Assembly: GCF_009914755.1 (NCBI RefSeq)
Contig: NC_060929.1
Strand: one strand, 5' to 3'
Origin: the human T2T-CHM13v2.0 reference genome, Homo sapiens
DNA: 64,000 bases
Under the pieces are notes generated by a model. It did no database searches. It was not told the origin of the DNA and was given only the letters and a program-made list of their open reading frames with translations. Made by a program: the position numbers and the translations under genes. Below, piece by piece: positions 25,401-40,613 of the stretch. Positions within the stretch are counted from its first letter, which is position 1, and every line of letters begins with the position of its first letter.

Positions 25401-28400
25401 GGATGGGCTAAGGAATTAGGGGACAGGCAAAAGGGCTTTCTGCCTTGCAGTTTGTATATAATGAAGAAGAAAAGGGACTGAAAAAGGAGTCTTTTTTTTG
25501 AAAACCAGCCGCTGGGATAAGAACACAAGCTATTTAGGCAATGCAACGCCACTTGTTTCTCAAAGTCACTCCTCAACTCAGACATATTCAAAGAGAGACA
25601 AACGGACAGATGGACAGAGAGGAAAAAAAAGAAAAAATGCAAGAAGAGCCTTCAATGCAAGAAAATGCAAGAAGAAGTACTCGAAGTTTTCTCTTTGTTA
25701 GCATTTGACTTTTAAAAAAATATTGTAAAGTCATCGAGCCAAATGCTAAAAGAAATTATGAAATTAAATGATTATATTAATATTTCCAAATGGCCCTGAA
25801 TTGAGACCTTGCCTTCCCAGTTCTCCCTTCAACATAGCAAAGATCTTGCGCTTGTTTTTCTGGTTTGGGAATCGTGAAAGCTTGGGGCCATTAACAGTAA
25901 TAACAGCTGTGCTTCACTGCAGAAAACAGAACTCTTAAGCAGGTATTAATTTATTTTCTACATCAGATGCCAGAATTTTCTCACTAAAAAAAAAAAAAGC
26001 TAAGTTTGTGAGACTCATTTTATGCAAATGGCTTCAGAAAAAAGAGAATCAAGAGGCTGTATCAGATTCTATGATCATTACATGATAGATACAGCACTAA
26101 AAACCTTATGAAAAACAAATTGTGCCCATTGTACAGATAGGGAAATGAAGTTCAGACTGAACCAAGCAACGCCTTTTGACTGGTGAGGAAAATACAGAAA
26201 TTTAAACCCAATTCTGTCTGATGCCCACATTATGCTTTTTAAATTAGTCTCCCCATTGTCCCTGTGCCTCATACTGATAGACTTGACCCCACTGTGTTCC
26301 ACGGTCTGAAAACACATCTCCAAGGAGTGAAGCCCTTGGAACAGAGGCACCCTTCCTCCACCATAGTGTATTGGCAAAGTTACAAATCTACATGGTTTGT
26401 AACATGCAGATAGTGATTGGAAAGGAAGATGTTTGTTTAATTTTTATGTTACGTTGCCTTTTACTCGCAAAAACAAAATTCTAGCAGCTAGTTTTCCATA
26501 CCACTCACTCTGTTCAGATTTATAGGGAAAGTCTGATGCATCCTAAAAGAATAGTCACAAATGTATTGCTTACCATTAAATGGCATGATATATGACAAAG
26601 AAAGCCCCAAAACAATCAGACCTCATTGTGTAAATAAAACTATCCTAAGTTGAATGTGGAGTTGGAGGAAAGGGTGGGCAAACAGGAGGAGTGGAAGGTA
26701 GGAATATGAGAAACTCACATGTTCTCTTTAACAACTCACAGCTTTATGAGTATGTTTCTTTGGAATAAAAGTTCTTTCTTTAGATTGCTAGTGGGATTAT
26801 TCAAGCAAGGAAAGAGAAATTGTCAGTGAAAATAGTGTTTGAAGGCCAGAACCTTATCTCCTAAGAAAGGGAAAGCCCATAGTATTCTGATAAAATCTCC
26901 ATGACTTGGGCCACCCCAGATGCTGAGATCCTGGAACTCTTACACTTCACAAACCAGTTTCTAGAGTTCCAGGAGCTCAACAGATCCAAGCAAAGAAGGC
27001 AGCAAGGTCACTTTTCGTAGACTACTAATTCCCTGCTGGAAGACTCTTCCTGAGAATAGAAACTTCACCTTCAAAAACTCATTACCTGCGTGACAGTTGA
27101 CAAGCTAGGACTATAAAGTGATAGGCTGATGCTTAGTCAACACATCTACCAGAACCTAAGTCTTGGAGAAACTACGTAATTTTTCCAATTTTACGGCCCT
27201 TGCTTGATATATTTTGGAAAGCCCTTGACAGTCCTATCGAAAACCAAACCAAACAAAAAAAATCAGTGCTTACACTTCATAATCTAATGCAACAAAGAAA
27301 AAAATCACCCAACGTGATCACCTGTTTGACTCCTAATGTTAGGCTCTTTCCAAACACAGATCCCAAGGATGGAGGCTTGTCCCTACCAAGGATAGTCAAA
27401 GTAATATGCCACAGGCTGGGAGTCAAAATAGGTTTGAAGCAATGGAATAAGCCCTCAACTTCTCAAAAGAGTAATATTGACTTAAATGTGTAAGTGGGGT
27501 GTCCTTCTTTAAAAAATAAATACATCATATGATTCTTTGTACTCATGCTTTATAGAATTGTCTCTAAGTAAGAGTGACCACTAACCAGAAGCATTCTCCA
27601 TAGCCATTGAGTCTGGAAGTAGACAAGAAACAATAAAAGTGAGGTCCACAAGTCAGCTGGAATGGCCAGCCATCAACCAGTTAAAACTGAGCTGGAGCCT
27701 GGCACTTACACAGTAACATAGGTGCGCAGAGCCACCTTGCCTGCAAGATTTCCATCTAGGGCACAACAGCAAGTGTCTATGGCTGTGAAGGCATTTCAGC
27801 TGCAAGGTCATCAAGGCTTTCCGTTACTTACAGGAAATACACAAATGTACAGAATAATCTGCAAAATCCTTTGGCCACCAAAGCCCTGAATTTTCCTGGT
27901 CAGCTGGGCAAATACAGCCCACACAAAAGGTATCTATCTGACCTTCCTTTCCAGGGTAGAGGTCAAAGGGGACTGAAAGTGAATCACCTCCTTGGTGTGG
28001 TGGTTTATAACTGCCTTTCTTTGACATCAGGTGCTAAGCTACCCTGGCTCTGCTCTTCTTATATTTTACACAGTCTGATAGATGTTAGAAAATTCTTCTA
28101 AAAGGGGAGAGAGTAAATGACTTCCAGAGAGAAAAGGGGGCTGTTGATGTGTCCAAGTAAGCATGTAAGATGCCCAAGGAAAGCATCTGGGATGTCCCAC
28201 TGAAGAATTCCTGCAACTACTGCCTGAGTACATGAGTTATGATTTTTGTTTTTCCCGCACTGTGTATACATGACATGACATGCTTTATTTATTGATGCTG
28301 ATTTATCCACACCGCTTTATTGTTGACCAGCTTTTATTTCTTCTTTAACCTTATTAACCCTTGCTGGTATTTGACAGCTTAACACCCTCCATCACTCTGC

Positions 28401-30298
28401 AACATTCACTCTGAGAACCGATGTGGAACTAATAGCAGCCTTTTTATTTCCAATCTTTGAGGTCACAAGCAGTTGCCCTAGCCTGAACCCTGTAAGATTT
28501 TTCTATAGGAAGCTCTCTTTCAATGGGTCATCTCCTTAATGTATCTCAACAGGTCTGCCTGGATGTTTGAAATGAGATGTGATTCCTGCTAACTACTGTC
28601 ACCACCAACATACACCTCTGAATAGGAGGAATAAGTTTTACCTTTGGAAAAAAGCCCTGGGCAATTCAAGTGAAGCAACAACTTGGTGATTTTCTTCTTG
28701 GGCATTTTATCACCTTTCAAGTTACATCCAAGGAGCATCTATTTGGGGATATGTTTGATTGTCTCAAAAAAATACAACAGCGAAACAAAACTCACAAATG
28801 TCTGTTACGTGAAGGAAGTGTGAATGAAATAGAGCATGGTGGGAGAGATTTCCTAGCTCCGTTTTTCAGCCTGGATTGATTAACTCTAATAAATTCAGGA
28901 AGGTGATTTCAGATGATGCCCGTCAAGCTGGATCTTATGGCCCAGTTGTTTATTATTTCACACTGCCCCGGGCTCAGTCTTTGACATTCACAACCCTAAA
29001 AGGTCATGAAGTGAAATTCTACAGCCAGACTTAGTCAGTATTTTGGTGAGTAGGCTCTTGTGTTAATGAAGACTGTTTTTTTTTTTAATATAAGTTGGAC
29101 TTAGGGAAGAAAAATTCCAGGTTAAATACAAATAGCCTCAAATCAGGAAATTCATGCTTTTAAATAGCCAGGTCAGTGTAAGAACATTTAAGACTACAGG
29201 AGAAGGAAGAGCATACAGAGGGAAGCCAGTCAGTGCTAACAAACCAAGCAAACATAGGAGTTAAGAACTGTGGGGGCAGAAATAACATTTCCCATTAGCA
29301 ATGCTGGGAAAACTAGAACTGACACCAACAGAGTCCTAGGCTGGCCACCATTGCTCTTACCATCCCAACGAAGTCCAGGCCTTTATTCCCCAGCACAGAA
29401 AAAAATCCACCCCACATGCTGGACTCACATTTCTCCAGAACTACAGGCCTTAGAAGGCATGCATGTTCTCAAATCAAATTTTTATTTCCCTAAGCTAAAT
29501 GCAGCCCTAGACATCGAAATCTACTACATCAGATCAGCAGATAGTTGATCTGGGAAGGACATGGCCCAGTACACAAGCAGAGGACCAATGTCGCTTTATT
29601 TTCTAATAATCAAACCTTCCTTTTTCTGCTCCTTGCCCTCCCTGTGTCTCTAAGCTAAGAGAAAAAAGTAGGCCTCTGCCTGCAGCACAAACAAATTCCC
29701 ACTTGGGGGGAATCAAACAAACTGAAAAATGAAGAGAAGAGGAGATACAATCTATTTCATTTAGTTTGGGCCCTGCCTAATTTCCATTAGCCCCACCCAG
29801 TTGGCTTTTCTGGCCTCAGGCATCTATCTGGACCATTAGTGCATATTTTCATGGCTGTCCTGGATCCATTCGTCCCTCCATTAGAAAACAGGAAGAGGGT
29901 ATGTCCAGCATTTCAGCAGGGGCAGTGCCACTATGTAGCCTGATTTTTTTCATGAGCAAGAAATTCCTACCTGTACACTCCTCCCATTCCTGATGTTGTA
30001 GACACATGGACATTGTGCTAGTTCACACTGATGACTTGAACACTTTTCAGAGAGCTACTAAATTCCTCCTCCTATTAATCTATCATTTATCCAAGACCAG
30101 GCCTCAACCCCATCCCCTCCTAGCTAACCCTTACTCCTCCAAGTTACTAATACAATGTCGCTTCTTCCAGGAGCCTTCTCAGACCACTGTTCATCCCCAG
30201 ACCAGGTTAGGCTGCCCTAACATACCCTCTCCTAGCACTTTGCTTAACATTCAGCACTCAATCATTATTTTCTGTCTTTCTTTCTCACACTACCACAC

Positions 30299-30452
30299 CA
30301 GTGTTCTTCAGACCTTAGAATGCAAAAGAATCTAAGAGGAGCTTGCTGAAAATGCAAATTCCTAGTCACCTGACCCTAGATATTCTAATTCTGGCTGAGG
30401 CTTGGGAATCTTCATTTGACCAGTTGATCTTCAGATCACACTATCCCAAAAC
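30299..30452. mobile_element. MER5A-like hAT element nested in an L2 fragment (about 30010-30530)
   Basis: 'cagtgttcttcagacctt...gaatctaagaggagcttgctgaaaatgcaaattcct...gattctaattc'-type MER5 pattern with L2 3' sequence on both sides. Confidence 0.65.
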
Positions 30453-31239
30453 GTTAGTTCTTTATCATAGTCACCGCCTGACTTCTCAGCACTGTGTAGC
30501 AGCTGGCATCTGAAAAACACTTACTGGATTGAAACAAGGACATGCTGATTCTGGTTCCTACCCCTCTAGCCGGAATTTTCCAGCCTTCCAACAACTGTCA
30601 CTCAGCAGGGTAGGCCACAGCTGAATTTTGAGTAGATCTTTGCAGCTCCTGAGTTGTACAAAGTACATGCAAGTTTGTCACACCCAGGGTTCCCCCAGCT
30701 CATATGGATCTTTCATTTACTCTCTTCTGGAAAAATGAACTTTAGCCCATTTATCTTCCAAATAAAGCTTGCAAGGGAAAAAATGACACGGACTTGGTAA
30801 ATAAGAGTTTCTATTATTAAAAGCAGGTTGAAGTTGGGGCTTTGTGCAACTGCTTCCTACTTTCTGAAGTGTCTCTATTTTAAGTATGTAGACGGTGCTT
30901 GAACAATCCCAGCAGGCTCTAGATGAAAGAGCATCCTCCTCATTAACCCTAATGGGAACTGGGCTCATGCACTAAAGGAAAAATACATCCTTTGGATCAA
31001 ACCTCATGAGTGGCATCATGGCAATAGGAGGACTTGGGGTAAGGATAGAGGAGAGAGGATATTCCCTCATTTCATTCTATCCAGGAACTTGGTGACAAGG
31101 AAGAGAGAGTAAACCCAATAAATATACTGCTGGACTAAGAAAATCTAAGCTTCTGAAAAGATGCTATCAACATACCAAGCAATTGTAATGGTACCGTACT
31201 AGAGGAGGAGATTGCAGAAGGGGTGGGCTTAGAAATATT

Positions 31240-31720
31240 TTTCATTCAGCAAATATTTATTTAGAAAGTATTGGGCTGGAATGTAATGGTGAGCAAGAAG
31301 GATAAGGTACCCGTTCACACAGAATTGCCATTCTACGGGTGGGGGTGAAGGAGTCACACAATTAAAGAAAGAAACAAATAAGAGTAAGATATTCAACATG
31401 AAAACAGAGAGACTTCATCTGTTTTGTTCACAGCTGTATCCCCTGCACCAAGCACAGTGCTAGCACGGAGCATGGATTCAACAAACATTTGTTAAAGGAT
31501 AAATGGAGGACTGGATGACTGGGTGGCTTGATGGTTGGATGGAAGGTTGGAAGGAAAGGAGGAGCTTCTCTGAGGTGATATTTGAGCTAAAAGACAAGAA
31601 AGAGCCAGTCATGGTTATTCTGCAGGAAAAGTTCTTGAAAGAAGGAACAGCAAGTTCCCAAGGGATGAACAGGTTTGGCATTTCAGAAGAAGGCCAGTGA
31701 GGCTGGAGTGTGGCAGAGTG
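31240..31720. mobile_element. Minus-strand L2 interrupted by a plus-strand L2 3' end with a (GGAT)n-like tail
   Basis: 'ttcattcagcaaatatttatt' (reverse tail) at 31240; 'ctgttttgttcacagctgtatcccctgcaccaagcacagtgc...caacaaacatttgtt' (forward) at about 31410-31500; reverse L2 resumes at about 31560. Confidence 0.7.
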
Positions 31721-31899
31721 GGTACTGGGAATAAAATCACAGTTGTTTGCTTTGCAAACAAAATGGAAGAATCAATCATACGTGTTTCACAACCCTAAAG
31801 TATATATATTATTTTTGATAGCTATTATCTTTATTCTATAAAGCCTTAAACCAATTGATAAGCAAAATAAGATCTCCATAAAGAATGAATCAATGGGAA

Positions 31900-33120
<1,221 letters not shown>

Positions 33121-33254
33121 ATAACCCTTGATGGCCAGGGGATGGTATATTATTATTCATCTCTACATCCCAGCATAAGCAAAGGAGCTGGCATAAAAGA
33201 AATACTCCACAAATATTTGTTGAGTAAATAGATATACTTTTAATTAAAATCTGA

Positions 33255-33660
33255 TCATGAATGAAGCACTAGAGAGAGGCAGGACAGATTCCCTCCAGAG
33301 GAGCTGGAGAAAGCCTCCTGCAGAGGCGAGCCTTTGTGTGGATCCTTACAGGGACAACAGGATCCGATCTGAGCGGAGGGCCAGGTGGGAAAGGCAGCCC
33401 TGCAGAAGGAGCAAGGGGAGCAAGAAATTGGCGATGAGCAAGTACTGAATGTGTCTGGGAAAGAGAAAGAAGTCTGGGTCGCAGAAGCATGGACACTCCT
33501 GAGCACATTAAAGGAATATAAGGCTGAAAAGGTGAATTTAAGCCCACAGGCCAAATAAGTCAAAGCAAGAGGGTTCCAATGAATGTGAGCCACAGTGACA
33601 TGTTCAGAACAGGACTTTATGGAGAGTAGCATGGCTGTAGTGTGCATGATGGGCTGGTTG
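33255..33660 (-). mobile_element. L2 LINE internal fragment
   Basis: 'ggagaaagcctcctgcagaggcgagcctttg...aatgtgagccacagtgacatgttcaga' reverse L2 pattern. Confidence 0.6.
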
Positions 33661-33686
33661 TGGGGCCGTGAAGTATGAAAACAGTA

Positions 33687-34031
<345 letters not shown>

Positions 34032-34949
34032 TCAGGGGCCTAAACAACATTTGGAGCTGTCGGAATTTATAAAAGAGGATCACCAACTAGAAAGGGATCC
34101 TGTATGTGGAATTCTTTAACAACATGTCCAGAATCCACTAAGACAGATAATCTGTCCTGAAAAAATCTGGACATTTGGGGGAAGCAGTAACCCCCTCCTC
34201 ACCTCCCATCTCCACCAGGCTTTCTTTAATGCCCAGCATATGCATATGCACCTCCAACAACGAAAGCCTCCTCCTTTCTTACACGTATTTACTAGCAGTC
34301 CCAAATGTTTCCTGTGCTATATAAAGTCTACATTTGACTTCAACTGGGGAAGTGAAGGATGGAGCTGGGAGAAGGGGAGGAGGCAAAGTCTGTGGCACAG
34401 TCACTAGCACATCTCCAGTTTTAAAATCATGCATTCAGTCTGAAGCCCAAATCGAAAGGTCGCAAACTCACATAAAGCACCGGTGATTTAGAGCTTGCTC
34501 CTATACACAGTTCAGCAATGCGTGGAATGTAAAAATACATGGAAACCACAACACAGCAGGGCTCTCGCTGCGCTGCTGGCAGAAGTCTCTGTTTCCCACA
34601 CAGGCCCTAAATCTAACCCAGCAATGAAACTTTTAAAATTTGTAAAAATAGAACAGTTGGAAAATCTTCACCACTTTTAGTTAAAATATAAAACAAAACC
34701 CGCCATCTTTTGTGGGTGCAGTTGCAAATCAGCCACACTCCTCCCGTCTTCGAAGGAATTTTAATGATAAAAAAAAATTTTCAAATGTTGAACTATGTAT
34801 TTCTTCTAGGTTACCTGGTGAATACATTCTTGGATGCTCTGGTATGTGTAGGTTGTTTTCAGTTTAGCATCTCCACCAAGAAGAGTCTCAAAATGTCCAG
34901 TCAATATCAACAGGTGTAACAAATGCCCTGTTTAATTTTCTGAAGAATA

Positions 34950-35175
34950 ACAATAGAACAACTACCACTTATTTATACATTAATTTGTGCCAGAATCATC
35001 TCCTGTAATCCTGATTCCTAAATCCTCAGTCCAAAATCCTGTGAGTATAGGTATGATTATCTCCGTTGTACAAATGTAAAAAACAGAATAATTTACTTAA
35101 TTTTTCCAGGTACAAGTGGTAGCCAGGATTCAAACCCAGGGCCATCTGATTTCAAAGACTAGGCCCTTTCCATTA
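34950..35175 (-). mobile_element. MIR SINE
   Basis: 'aaatcctc...ctgtgagtataggtatgattatctccgttgtacaaatg...agccaggattcaaacccagggccatctgatttcaaag'. Confidence 0.75.
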
Positions 35176-38100
35176 TATTTATTGCATAGGAAGGGATTTC
35201 CCTCACCCATTCAAAATGGTTATATTTAGAAATCAAGACACGCCACTGGCTCCTCGATCAGCTCTTAGTTTCCTTGGACTATTACATAAAGCTGCATAAA
35301 ACCGAGTGATTATTTCTAGCCTCTTCAACAGATCTCTTTTCTATACATTGTTATTCTTAAACATAGGCAAATCCTGTGCCTTATGGCAGATTCCGGGTTA
35401 CATTATAGAAGAATTCTATGGAAACATAAACCAGAGTCTGTCTGTCTCCCTATCTCTCCGAAACCACCCTCTCCCTTCAAAGCATCTCACTAATATTTAT
35501 TTTGGAATTGCCATGAACAGTATTATGACATTGGCTTCCTTAAAAATTTAACATTCATGATTAGCACTTGAAATGAGTATATCCAAAGAATGTATTTTGC
35601 TCAGTGCTTACAACCAAATTATCTCAAGAGGCTATCAAGAGCTCTCAAGTCATTTTGTTAACTATGTTCTCTATTTAAAGGAGCCCCACACAGAGAGAAG
35701 GGAGGGGAAGGAAAGCAAGACTTAAAACCTTGCTTAAAAAAAAAATCAAGTATTCTATTCTGTCTCTCTTTCCCTCCTCTACCTTCTCCACCCTCCCACA
35801 TCCGCCCCCACCCCCAAACTAAATATAGAGACCAAACACCAAAACCCAAACTTGAAAATTTCCAAAATGATAATCAACAAATCATGGTAACATGGAACAC
35901 AGAAATTAAATGTAATGCCCAAATTCACAGGAGCAGCCGCCTGGAAGCGGGAAGTGGGGTGCACCTGAGCATGCTTTAGGAAGTTCTGCACACGTTTACC
36001 CACTTTGCAGCCATCCCTTCCTTCCACTCCGCAGCACAGGAAAGGCAGATTCTGAGCATAACTCCAGAGCCCCAGCTTTTCCTACCATTAATCGTAAGAT
36101 TAGATCCTGGATACAGAAATGCTAAATGATCAACAAACATAGTTAGCTCTGAACTCAAATGAATGTTTTTTTCCTTTCCCTTTCATTGAAGAGAGGGGAA
36201 AAAAAGCTTCACATGGCTTCCTTTCCTTGACCTACAACAAATTCCATTAAACCTCAAAAACAATGCTTTGAGATGCTAGAGGATGCAGACAGGAAACTGA
36301 AGAAAGACTTTACACAAAAGTTAAAACGTCTTTTTCGGAGGGAGTTAAGGAAGGGTTGTATCTTGACAGTGAGAGCTCATGGCAACTGAGAACATAATTA
36401 GATTTGAATGTCATGTAGTTGTGCCTGGGATGCATAGCACATCAAAACAGATTTACTGCTCAGAGTAACAGAAATGTGCAAATGCCATTGGCTGGTAAAT
36501 AATTAATGATTGCCCCAAAGTTTACAAATGCATAAAATGCCCTACAGATAAAATTCCATCATATTTTCAAGTTACTGAAAATTAGCTTTTTTTCTGGAAT
36601 AAATATCAGTTATCTGTCCAGGATTGATTCCTCTTTAAGACCAAAAAAGTCTTCATTCTACCCAACGACCTCCTACACCCCTTTGTCTCCTGGGACATCT
36701 AATTTATGGGTGTTTAATGTAATAGGGTAAGCTTTCCAAAAATGGTGTAATAAAAATGGGCTTAGATGTCATCACTATTATTACATCTGTTATTATAATA
36801 TGTAGTGTTTGCAGTGAAAACCAGGCTTGCATCTATATTTCATTGGCATCCATACATTGAGGCCATCTTGAAATTTGACTCAAAGGACTAAAATTCAACA
36901 TCAAAAAAACTGCTTCAAAGGGATATTCAGCATTGATTTTATTGGGCTTATTTTGGGGAGCACTCAAACTATGCTTTTTTTGACTTGTTGGCCCTAAAAT
37001 GCAAGAAGGGTTAATCTTGATTGCAAAATCAAGAAACAAAGATACAGGCCTATTGTGCAATAAACAGCCCACATTTCAATGAATAAGTAATATTTCTCAC
37101 AAACCCAAGTTAGATAGTGGATTTATTTAACCTCTTGGGGTCAGGTAATAAATACTAAGTGAATTATTCAGCCCAATGGCTAATCAATACAATTCCATGA
37201 TATATTTTTTGTGTTTCATAAAAGGTTGTACACTAAAGGCAGTGAGCAATTATGGAAATTGGGCCAGAGCGCCTCTCAATTCCTCTCTGGCTTGAAACCC
37301 CAGCAGGCCACCTTGACAGCAAATCGATTAGTGCTCCAGTGAAGCGGCTCAGTGACCCCTGACCTGCTTCCAGCGAGGCCTGACAGAGGAGAGAGTATTT
37401 TATATTTATTTTATTGAATTAACTCCATCTTGCCTGTACCATCGCTTTACACACATTAGGCAGCAAGCTACAAGCTACTTCATTGTCGTTGTTTTCCATT
37501 GCTCTTGCTAACCAAGCCCCACCCCTTGCCCTGCAGATTTCTTTGTCCTGGTTTTCCTTTCACTTTTGGCCTCAATGCAAGATTTCAATCCACCCTGAGA
37601 CTCATGATGGAGCTCCAGGTAATAAAAACCAAGAGCAAGGCACAAGATCCTGCTGCCTGATGCTTCCTGCCTACCTTGTCCAACCAGGACAATGCCCTAT
37701 CCCCATTTTTCCCCTCATGTTGAGAAACAAAGACCAGTCAATAAAAATCTGGCTTCACATGGTGCTCTTTGGAAAATATATGCAAGAGAACATCAAGGAT
37801 TAGGGGTATTTCCTACTAGAAAATCAAAAAATAAACCAGAAGCCACTGGTTTTCTCTATTTTTGTGGCCTAATTACATTATTGACTGATTGAAGCCATCA
37901 GAAACAGGGGGAAAGAAAGAGAAAGAAAGAGAGAGAGAGAGAGAACGAGAACCAAGGCAGCTGAGTTTAGACCACCATTTCATCAGGGGAGCAATAAATC
38001 CAAAGGCTCATCAGCCATCAGTGACTGAAAGCTTACAAGAAGGGAAACATCTCTAAATCACCAAAAATTTTCTGTTTTACTTCTGCTAAATGGAACATTG

Positions 38101-38299
38101 GTAAAAAATAAATAATAAATAATAAATTAAAAAAACACCAAAATAAGTGAAAAGTAAATGCCAGGAAGAAACCAAGAGTTTTAAAGTCAGAAAATCTATT
38201 TGGCAGCTCTAGATGTTAAATGATACCAAAGGTTAAGTTATCAGCAGAAATTTGACGTTATAAATCACAGGATTGAAGGATCTTGGACCATATTTGAAG

Positions 38300-38465
38300 G
38301 AGGCAGTACAGAGTGATGGTTTCATACTTAGAGGCTGAAATTAAACTACCTGGATTCAAATCCCAGTTTTTCTACAAACTAGCTGTAGACTTTGTACAAT
38401 TCATCCAACCTCGCTAAGCTTCAGCTTTCCTCACCTATACATAAGGATGACAACAGCTGTTGTCA
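38300..38465 (+). mobile_element. MIR SINE
   Basis: 'aggcagtacagagtgatggtt...cctggattcaaatcccag...actagctgtagactttg...ttcagctttcctcacctat'. Confidence 0.8.
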
Positions 38466-39019
38466 CATAAGCAATGTTGACTGACATTATCATTTTTATC
38501 AGATCCCAAATTATTTTATATGGGTAGGCAAGAAATCACTTTTCAGACTTGTTTTATGAATGGAGAGGCTGAAGAATGTGAGGAAACAGAATTTGCCTTC
38601 CAAATTATTGCCCTTCCCAGGGTCATGCATGCACAAAAGTATTGTGATAATCACTCACTCCCTTAAAATCTCCTTTTGGGGTTCGAAGGACCTTGAACTT
38701 TACCATTGAAAGATTCAGTCCTTGGGTTGATCTCCCCAAAGATTTAAAAGGGAAGTTCTCCTTTCCTGACCCCCAGTGGTGGGGGACATGAAACTATTTC
38801 ACTCTATTCATATCACCTTGCCTTTCTCAGGAGAGACTTGGTTCTTAGGGAATATTGGCTTCATGGGTGCAGAGTAAGGGATAAAGTTTGTGATGCAGGA
38901 TAAAAGACTGAAGACAGTGATTGAGAGATCAGAAGAGAAGAATTTCAGAGTTGCACTTCAACTGCTCAATTGTCGCATCAGGGATGGGTTGGCACTTTTA
39001 GATACCTTGCTTCTGATAA

Positions 39020-40613
<1,594 letters not shown>

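Noticed and set aside
31240-31510. Opposed L2 3' ends as a miR-28-type L2-derived miRNA hairpin
   Set aside because: Tails point outward about 250 bp apart and are too diverged; no compact hairpin visible
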